Origin: Promethearchaeota archaeon
GTDB taxonomy: Archaea; Asgardarchaeota; Lokiarchaeia; Sigyniarchaeales; SOKP01
Reading direction: 5' to 3'
NCBI GenBank assembly: GCA_048939015.1
Contig: JBHLPW010000087.1
Coordinates: forward strand, 1-16,064
Length of the DNA stretch: 16,064 bases
This document shows, piece after piece, positions 1 through 6,887 of this stretch; within the stretch, counting starts at the first letter, position 1, and each line of letters opens with the position of its first letter. The position numbers and the translations under genes were made by a program. The notes below the pieces were generated by a model. It did no database searches. It had not been told where the DNA came from and worked only from the letters and a program-made list of their open reading frames with translations.

Positions 1-42
1 ATGAAAATAGAGTCTTAAACAAATAAAAAGAGTATAAATTTA

Positions 43-1692
43 TTGAGTCTATGGAAAAAGATAGCAAAAAATGAAATTCGCATCAAGACAAGTCGATTTA
101 GAAATCATAGAAGATTATTCATTGTCTTAATTTTTTCTGTCTGTTTTTACTGGGGTGCTTTTATTGGTCCATATTTTATGGATGCAATTATTCCTGAAGT
201 GGTTAAAGAATATTCTTATCAATTTGAAACATTAATTGTTCAACTAATCGAGTTTACTTTTGTTTCATTATTTTTAGTTTCCCTAATGTATCCCCTTTTT
301 GTATTATTTAGAAAATCAGAAGTTATTAATAAAGAGATTATTCTAGCAACTCCAGTTAAATCAGTCGATATTATTTTTGGTGAATTTATAGGTCATATAC
401 CATTCTATTCTTTATTTATTTTAATTGTTGGTCCATTTGGATTAACATTAATTTTACAAATCAATCCAAATATGAACATATTACATTATTTAGTTTATTA
501 TTTATGTATTTTTACCCTTTACATGTTTGGGTCTTTAATAGGAAAATTTATTTCTAATTGGGTTGAAAAGGTGTTAGGACATAAGAGAGTAACAGACTTT
601 AGTAATTTTTTTCTTTTATTGATTTCCATTATAGTTATCACAATATATTATTCCTTTCAATTTATGTTCAATTTCATAAAAATCCATCCTGAATTTAAAG
701 GAATTTTCTTATTCTACCCCTCGTTTTGGTTTTCAAATATTATTCTATATTTTGTTAATTTTACATTAGTTGGATCATATTTTCCTAATATTTGGATTAG
801 TATTATACTTGCAATAACAGTTCCTATTTCTATTTCTTATTTTTTTTATAGAAAAGCCAACTTTTTTTGTGATCTAAACATTTTAGCTGAAAAGGACTCA
901 AAAACAATTAATAAAGAAAATTATTTTTATAATATCATCAAAAAAGGCACCCCTAGAGATTTTAAAGGTTTAGTAACCATTCAATTTAAAGTATTCTTAA
1001 GAAAAAAAGAGAATATATTGAAATTAGTTTATATGATTGGAACTATAAGTGTTCTGGGAGTATTAATATATATTTCTTTTAAAACCCAAATTTTTTCATT
1101 AATTATTGAACCATTAAATATTCCGATAATAATTCAAACAAGGTTTGATAAAAATGCAATTATATTTATATTATCTTGGATGGGAGGCTTGATTTTTGGA
1201 ATATTTATGGGTATGCATGATTTTATTGGTTCAAAAGAAATATTATATGTATATAAAAAATCTATAAGAGGAACCAAAGCACTTCTTTATTCACTCATAT
1301 ATGAAACATTAATTATTTTAATTTTCTATGCTATTTTCTTGACAATTTTTTTCTCTATTATCTACCAAATAGATTCTGTAGTCTCTCTACTATTTTTTCT
1401 AACATATATAATAAACAGTGAAATAATATTTATTCAATCAATTGGAATTCAATGTATTAGACCAATATTCGGGGAATACCAAAAAAATTTGTTTATCAAT
1501 AACTACTTAATTATTTTTATTCAAATTGTTTCATTCTTATTATCACTCTTTATTTTTCTTTATTCTCTATCAATTCTACTAAGCCCTTATTTAGTGCTTA
1601 TCTTAACTATTGTTTTTAATCTTGGAGTTTCAGGATTAATTACATTTTTTATTATGTATTTGGGGAAAAAAAGGTTAGATAAAATTGAATGA
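43..1692 (+). CDS. Polytopic membrane protein, putative ABC-2-type exporter permease (two fused ~6-TM halves)
   Basis: 549-aa ORF with TTG start and about 12 hydrophobic segments. Each half opens with a basic amphipathic helix (IAKNEIRIKTSRFR; LVTIQFKVFLRKKEN). ILATPVKSVDIIFGEF resembles the LLxxP loop of ABC-2 permeases. No ATPase subunit in the window. Confidence 0.6.
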   Translation: MSLWKKIAKNEIRIKTSRFRNHRRLFIVLIFSVCFYWGAFIGPYFMDAIIPEVVKEYSYQFETLIVQLIEFTFVSLFLVSLMYPLFVLFRKSEVINKEIILATPVKSVDIIFGEFIGHIPFYSLFILIVGPFGLTLILQINPNMNILHYLVYYLCIFTLYMFGSLIGKFISNWVEKVLGHKRVTDFSNFFLLLISIIVITIYYSFQFMFNFIKIHPEFKGIFLFYPSFWFSNIILYFVNFTLVGSYFPNIWISIILAITVPISISYFFYRKANFFCDLNILAEKDSKTINKENYFYNIIKKGTPRDFKGLVTIQFKVFLRKKENILKLVYMIGTISVLGVLIYISFKTQIFSLIIEPLNIPIIIQTRFDKNAIIFILSWMGGLIFGIFMGMHDFIGSKEILYVYKKSIRGTKALLYSLIYETLIILIFYAIFLTIFFSIIYQIDSVVSLLFFLTYIINSEIIFIQSIGIQCIRPIFGEYQKNLFINNYLIIFIQIVSFLLSLFIFLYSLSILLSPYLVLILTIVFNLGVSGLITFFIMYLGKKRLDKIE

Positions 1693-1699
1693 GCGTTTT

Positions 1700-1972
1700 T
1701 TAATATTTACTTTTATATTGCTTAATTTTTTTAAAAACTCTATAGAATGTATCCATTATTATAGGAATAGACAAAATAACAAATCCAATTGGATTAAATA
1801 TCATATAATGAATAATTTTTGTAAGAATTTCAATGGTACTAAAAGAAAGTAAATGAAAAATAAAAAACATAAAAATTGCTGATCCAAATACTATTAAAAA
1901 GAAGTTAGATTTCACACTTGATATAAAAAGGATTATAATTATTAAAAAGATAATAGAATCTGCAAATCTCAT
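1700..1972 (-). CDS. Small hypothetical membrane protein (about 3 TM)
   Basis: 90-aa ATG ORF with hydrophobic stretches and a basic C-tail. It fills the gap between convergent genes without overlap. Confidence 0.5.
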   Translation of the reverse strand: MRFADSIIFLIIIILFISSVKSNFFLIVFGSAIFMFFIFHLLSFSTIEILTKIIHYMIFNPIGFVILSIPIIMDTFYRVFKKIKQYKSKY

Positions 1973-2046
1973 AATGTAAATCTGAATAATTAATTTATTA
2001 TTATTTTAAAATTTGAAAAAAAAGAAAAAATTATAATTTATTAATA

Positions 2047-2136
2047 TTATCGATTTTTCTTACGAATATAATAGATTATACCAATGATAGATATTGGAAA
2101 CACTAGCATTAATGTAGCAATTTCATATCCCGGAAT
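2047..2136 (-). other. C-terminal sorting signal (IPGY-TM-basic; Loki-CTERM/PGF-CTERM-like)
   Basis: EIPGYEIATLMLVFPISIIGIIYYIRKKNR* has the motif/TM/basic-cluster layout of archaeosortase-type sorting signals. Confidence 0.7.
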
Positions 2137-3753
2137 CTCTTGCTCTTCAGAATATAAATTAATACTTGCTGCTACAACACCATCAGAAGATAAGGTAGCA
2201 TGATTGAGAAGTCCATTTGAATTCCAATTTGCTTCTGCTTCATAAGCATCTTCATTTCCAGTCAAAGAAATTGTGCCATCTGTCGTAACAGACGCCCAAT
2301 CATAATTATTAGCAACAATTAAACCTTGAGTAAAAGCGAATTGATCATAGAGTGCTAATTGCGGATTTAAATATGTTGATGGATCTACAATATATCCTTG
2401 TGATGTGAAATTAAGGATAGTTTGTAATATTATTGTTACTGTTGATTCACTTGAAACTGGGTCTGCCATGAATAGTGAACTGGATCCTGAGAAGAGATCT
2501 TCTAAATTAGTCCAAGTTTCCATATCCATACTAATAGAGATTGTCATGTCTATTGGTGTTGCATTTTGACCACCCAAAGATGACTGAATTTCAGGATTAA
2601 TTTGATCTATTGCAATTTTTATTCCCATGGTTGATGGAAAACCACCCACTGAAGCAAAAGTTGTTTTAAGTGTATCCCATTGAGGCAAAACATAAGAATT
2701 CCATTGTGTTATAGCATATGTAAGTTGTTCATCAGCTAAATCCAGAATTGTCATAGTATCCCAACCTGAAGGTAAGCCTCCTGACATATTTGCTTCATAA
2801 AGTGCCATATTAAGCCCCCAATTGACAATTGTGGTCATGTTAGCGCCTTCAAGTCCAGGATCCATTGATACAAGACTATAATTCAAAAACGCTCCCATAT
2901 TATCGATAAAGGTTGAAATTGGCTCAGATTCCCATCCCGGAGGAGAAGTACTGTTGATCATATACCATAATCCGTCTATTGCATAGGAAAGATTAACGTC
3001 CCATACCTCAGAAGGTATCATAAATGAAAGGAATTCATCCATTGTAAATGTATCAGCTCCAGGAGGTAACATCATGTAAGCTGTTGATAATAATTGATCC
3101 ATCATTACATAAGGCAAAAAGCTTTCTGATAATACAGGAACAGAATCAACTACAATAGATTCCAATAATTCTTGTAAAGTCATGTCATGCCATCCACTTG
3201 GTAAAAGCCCCATTAATAATGTACTGTTTAATTCATTTAAAGCAAGGTCTAACATAAAGGGGAGAGGCTGATCCTCCCAACCAATAGGAAGAGTCTCATT
3301 AAGCCCATCAATTATAACACCGACAAAAGAAGAATAATTTAAAGATTGCCAATTTACAGGGATTTCTCCCGAAAGAAATGTTGAATTAAATTTAGTAATA
3401 TAATGATCCAATGTTTCATCTAAAAATTCAGAAATATTTAAACCCTCCCACCCTTCAGGTACCATATATGATAAAAGAGTAGTAGATATATTTTCCATAA
3501 TTTCTGGAAGTGTCATAGATTCGAAGCCGTAAAATTCAATATCTGATACTCTAGATTGTATTTCAGTTAATAAGTCATCAACATTTTGGACTGCATTGTC
3601 GATCCCATCAATGTTTAAATTAATCCTCCATTCATATTCTTGTCCTTCTTGTACACCCACATAACCAGCTGGTTGTCCTACTGCAAAAGTTCCAAAAGGA
3701 ATAAATAGTAAAATACCTATCGTTAATAATATCAGTATTTTAAATTTTTTCAT
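2047..3753 (-). CDS. Secreted, membrane-anchored surface glycoprotein with Loki-CTERM-like sorting signal and internal PxGW repeats
   Basis: N-terminal signal peptide (MKKFK plus hydrophobic core), acidic body, many N-x-S/T sequons, and C-terminal EIPGY + TM helix + RKKNR. Confidence 0.8.
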   Translation of the reverse strand: MKKFKILILLTIGILLFIPFGTFAVGQPAGYVGVQEGQEYEWRINLNIDGIDNAVQNVDDLLTEIQSRVSDIEFYGFESMTLPEIMENISTTLLSYMVPEGWEGLNISEFLDETLDHYITKFNSTFLSGEIPVNWQSLNYSSFVGVIIDGLNETLPIGWEDQPLPFMLDLALNELNSTLLMGLLPSGWHDMTLQELLESIVVDSVPVLSESFLPYVMMDQLLSTAYMMLPPGADTFTMDEFLSFMIPSEVWDVNLSYAIDGLWYMINSTSPPGWESEPISTFIDNMGAFLNYSLVSMDPGLEGANMTTIVNWGLNMALYEANMSGGLPSGWDTMTILDLADEQLTYAITQWNSYVLPQWDTLKTTFASVGGFPSTMGIKIAIDQINPEIQSSLGGQNATPIDMTISISMDMETWTNLEDLFSGSSSLFMADPVSSESTVTIILQTILNFTSQGYIVDPSTYLNPQLALYDQFAFTQGLIVANNYDWASVTTDGTISLTGNEDAYEAEANWNSNGLLNHATLSSDGVVAASINLYSEEQEIPGYEIATLMLVFPISIIGIIYYIRKKNR

Positions 3754-3939
3754 AATTAGTTCAGTTGTTTTTTTTTATTTTCTTTTAATAGATTTGAGAT
3801 TTTAATATTATTATCCAAATCCGCTTATTTAAATTTATATCAATTTATATTTGCTTTTTAATACATCAATAAATTACAAAAATGGAGTGGAGTATAAGAA
3901 ATAATATAACTTTTAAAATCATAATTATCCTACTTATTC

Positions 3940-4653
3940 ATGAAAATGAAATTTGAACGATATGAATCTAGATTTAAAGCAGGAGAATTATTAGCAGAAT
4001 TTATTGAAACCAAAATAAAAGAGAATATAAAACAACAAATTCATGCTTCTCAATTTTTCTGTTTTGCAATTCCTAATGGGGGAGTACCTGTTACAGAAGG
4101 ATTTTGTTCCAAATACAAATTGAATTATGATTTGTTGATCGTTCGGAAGATTAAAATTCCTTTTAATACAGAAGCAGGTTTTGGGGCTGTAACGACTGAT
4201 GGGACTGTATTAATCAATAATTCGTTATTAAACAGACTCAATTTATCAGAGAATGAAGTAAAAAATTCAATCAATATAACCAAAAATGAGATTTATGAAA
4301 GAATTAAGTTTTATAACAAAGAATCAAATTTAACGCATTTTTATAACCATTATATTAAAAAAAAGAATATTTTTTTACTCGATGATGGACTGGCTTCAGG
4401 ATTTACTATATTAGCAGCGATAAAAATGATTAAAAAATATAATCCTTCAAATATATTTATTGCTGTTCCTACGGCACCTTTAAGAACAATAAAGAAAATT
4501 GAACTTGAAGTAGATGAGGTTTTTTGTCCTAATATTAGGCAAGTATTGTGGTTTGCCGTTGCTGATGCATATAAGAACTGGTATGATGTTCCAGAATCAG
4601 AAGTATTAAAGATAATTAGTAATTCTCCCTATTACATAACTAATTTAAAATAA
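3940..4653 (+). CDS. Type I phosphoribosyltransferase family protein
   Basis: PRPP-binding loop IFLLDDGLASGFT, plus AIPNGGVPV, IVRKIKIPFNTEAGFGAV and AVADAYKNW, typical of the stand-alone PRTase family. Confidence 0.9.
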   Translation: MKMKFERYESRFKAGELLAEFIETKIKENIKQQIHASQFFCFAIPNGGVPVTEGFCSKYKLNYDLLIVRKIKIPFNTEAGFGAVTTDGTVLINNSLLNRLNLSENEVKNSINITKNEIYERIKFYNKESNLTHFYNHYIKKKNIFLLDDGLASGFTILAAIKMIKKYNPSNIFIAVPTAPLRTIKKIELEVDEVFCPNIRQVLWFAVADAYKNWYDVPESEVLKIISNSPYYITNLK

Positions 4654-4722
4654 AATAATAGCTTAAAGAGCGACTACTGAAGAAATAACTCATGAATAAA
4701 AGAAAAGTAAAAAAAATATAAA

Positions 4723-4989
4723 TTAAGCACTTTCCAATTTGAACAAGATAGAAGAGTGAGGGATATAGAACTCGTCCTTTTTCTTAATGACTACCGTATG
4801 GAAATATTCAGCAAGTCCGAGGAAACCACGGATAACAGATTCATCCTCCTCGAATCTGAAAATTACAGAAGCGATAGCAGCCCCTGTGCTGAAATTCACT
4901 TTATCATAAACTCTTTCGTCAATTAGAGGAATTTTAAGCTCATTTACAATTTCATATACCCGTTTAATGAACAGTTCTCGCTTAGGCAT
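4723..4989 (-). CDS. Hypothetical protein (88 aa, soluble, alpha/beta pattern)
   Basis: Clean ATG ORF, more GC-rich than its flanks, with globular amino-acid composition. Divergent from the 5255 gene. No family recognised. Confidence 0.7.
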   Translation of the reverse strand: MPKRELFIKRVYEIVNELKIPLIDERVYDKVNFSTGAAIASVIFRFEEDESVIRGFLGLAEYFHTVVIKKKDEFYIPHSSILFKLESA

Positions 4990-5254
4990 TTTTATAAAAA
5001 CCTTTTTATTTTATTCCAATTGAAATAATAATAATTTTTAACCTTACTAATGAAATATTTTATATAATATTATTAGTTTAGGTTTTTTAAAAATTAGCTT
5101 TTTTTTAGATTTACGTAATATTCCAGTATATAGAGTCAATAAAGAATGGAATAAAATTATATATACTTATTAATATAATTAAAATATAAAGATTATAACT
5201 AGTAATTTTTATTTTTATCATAAATTCATTAGTATTAGAGGATTTGAGTAGATC

Positions 5255-5965
5255 GTGGTTTCAAAAGAACAGAAAAAAATAGAACGTGTTATTAATTTTA
5301 TGAAAAAAGGTTTAACCTCCCTTGCAGATGATCTAGAGGAGACTGTAAAAGGAATAAATGATTTTATCAAATCATTAGCTAAAGCTCAGAAAGATTTAAA
5401 AGAAGTATCTGTTGTTGAAGAAGTTCATACTGTAAGTACTTCCTCTAAAAAAATAGTAACACCAACAAGTGAGGGTGCAAAAACTGCTGCTGCATCAACA
5501 TTATTTTCTTTGTTAAGTAGTGGCGGGAGTGCTCCAACTACTCCAGGTTCGGTACCTGCAGTTGCTACCGCAGCTCCAACACCTCCCTCGGGAGGAGGAC
5601 CTCCTAAAGCTCCTGCTGGTGGTGGACCCCCTAAAGCTCCTCCTGGTGGAGGACCCCCTAAGCGTCCAGGTTTACCCCCTGCTCCAAAATTACCTCCTGC
5701 AGGTGGTGCACCTCCTATAGCTCCTCCTGGCGGAGGCCCTCCCAAAGCTCCTGGTGGAGGCCCCCCTAAAGCTCCTGCTTTTGCTAAAAGACCTGCAACA
5801 GCCCCTGGCACTCCTCCTGCAGCACCTGGTGGAACACCTCCACCCGCGCCTTCCATGCCTGCTGCTCCTGCTGTAGCATCCCAAGCCGGAGGTGGTTTGG
5901 GTTCACTAAGAGATGAAATGCTTGATGAATTGAATCGCTTGAAGAAAATTATGAGAGGAGAATAA
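5255..5965 (+). CDS. Coiled-coil / proline-rich / C-terminal WH2-like protein (candidate actin regulator)
   Basis: GTG start with AGAGGA at 5237-5242. Heptad repeat at aa 9-51, Gly/Pro/Ala-rich region at about aa 90-205, and C-terminal SLRDEMLDELNRLKKIMRGE. Synonymous variation among the repeats supports this frame. The CDS is secure; the function is inferred. Confidence 0.75.
   Translation: MVSKEQKKIERVINFMKKGLTSLADDLEETVKGINDFIKSLAKAQKDLKEVSVVEEVHTVSTSSKKIVTPTSEGAKTAAASTLFSLLSSGGSAPTTPGSVPAVATAAPTPPSGGGPPKAPAGGGPPKAPPGGGPPKRPGLPPAPKLPPAGGAPPIAPPGGGPPKAPGGGPPKAPAFAKRPATAPGTPPAAPGGTPPPAPSMPAAPAVASQAGGGLGSLRDEMLDELNRLKKIMRGE
5591..5776 (+). repeat. Coding repeat GGGPPK(A/R)P x5 plus degenerate copies
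   Basis: ggaggaggacctcctaaagctcct, ggtggtggaccccctaaagctcct, ggtggaggaccccctaagcgtcca, ggcggaggccctcccaaagctcct and ggtggaggcccccctaaagctcct differ mainly at third codon positions. Confidence 0.9.
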
Positions 5966-5974
5966 AACCTTCGC

Positions 5975-5993
5975 TTTTTGTTTTTTCTTTTTT
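5975..5993 (+). terminator. Putative archaeal oligo-T terminator
   Basis: tttttgttttttctttttt begins about 10 nt after the 5965 stop. The AT-rich background lowers specificity. Confidence 0.45.
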
Positions 5994-6062
5994 AAAATAA
6001 CCACTATTTCTTTATATTGAATTGAAAAGAATTTTGAATTACTAATTAAAAAGCTATCATAA

Positions 6063-6809
6063 ATGTCTGATAACTCATATTTAATTTATGATGATAGGAC
6101 TCCTATTATTGTCCCAAAACGGATGATGATCTTTGCTGGTCACCCAGATGATGAAATAATATCTTGTGGGGGAACACTCCTAAAATATCAAAAACTTGGA
6201 ACCGATATAACTATCATTATTGCTACAACTGGTTTAGGAGGTTATGCCAAGGAAAAACATAAAGATAATATAGCTGAAAGAAGGGAAAAGGAATTAAAAC
6301 TAATAAAATCCTTATTAAATTGTGAGATTATTGAGTTAGAGTACTCAGAGTTACAAATTGATAGATCTAAAATTTCTCAGATTACTAATCTTATACGGAA
6401 TTATAAACCTCAAGTAATATTACTGCCTCATTATTCTGATTTTCACCGTATTCATAGAAATCTGTCATTAATTACACGAGAGGCAATTTATCATTGCAGT
6501 ACTGGTAAGGCATATGGTGGTCATCAAAAAAGTTGGACTCCTTTGGGAGTATTTTATTATGAATCTCCCTCATGCAAATTTCAATATATTGAGGGATCAG
6601 TTTTTATTATTGTTAATATCGAGAATTATTGGGAAAAAAAAAAAGAAATTTTCAATCAAGTTTATGTATCCCAAAAAGAAATATTAGAAAGAGTCCTTGA
6701 TTGGGCAGAGGATACTGCTATATTGAGAGGAAATGAAATTAACGCTGGTTATGGTGAAGCTTACATTCCTGAAACTACATATACTCCTTTAAAAATTCTA
6801 TTAATATAG
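6063..6809 (+). CDS. PIG-L/LmbE family deacetylase
   Basis: FAGHPDDEIISCGGTL metal motif, ATTGLGG, RREKE helix, IRNYKPQVILLP, second His motif DFHRIH (canonical HxDH), and C-terminal YVSQ...GEAY. Confidence 0.9.
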   Translation: MSDNSYLIYDDRTPIIVPKRMMIFAGHPDDEIISCGGTLLKYQKLGTDITIIIATTGLGGYAKEKHKDNIAERREKELKLIKSLLNCEIIELEYSELQIDRSKISQITNLIRNYKPQVILLPHYSDFHRIHRNLSLITREAIYHCSTGKAYGGHQKSWTPLGVFYYESPSCKFQYIEGSVFIIVNIENYWEKKKEIFNQVYVSQKEILERVLDWAEDTAILRGNEINAGYGEAYIPETTYTPLKILLI

Positions 6810-6887
6810 AAGTACGGAGATTTTTTTAATAATTAAAACAATATATTAGATATAATAATTTAAGCTAAATTTCAACTATATTTAGGC

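Noticed and set aside
1-26. Possible 3' end of an upstream gene (ENRVLNK*)
   Set aside because: Too short to support.
4990-5254. Specific TATA/BRE boxes or operator palindromes here and upstream of the actin (about 6851-6864)
   Set aside because: Many TATA-like words occur, but the AT content is too high to choose any one by eye.
5591-5776. Repeat considered as a CRISPR array or mobile-element repeat
   Set aside because: The units are in-frame codon repeats with synonymous variation, no unique spacers and no cas or transposase genes.
5425-5884. Overlapping ORFs 5425-5856 (-), 5520-5720 (+) and 5690-5884 (-)
   Set aside because: Shadow frames of the GC-rich Pro/Gly repeat, which lacks stop codons. 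Only 5255-5965 has a plausible RBS, structured termini and a downstream T-tract.
5255-5965. Calling the Pro-rich protein a formin or a true WASP/Arp2/3 activator
   Set aside because: It has no FH2-sized domain, no long poly-Pro runs and no acidic Trp-containing tail. Only an architectural resemblance is supported.
6634-6644. A11 run inside the PIG-L gene
   Set aside because: The frame is intact (WEKKKE). It shows long A runs occur by chance in this genome, which weakens the programmed-slippage reading of the kinase A12.
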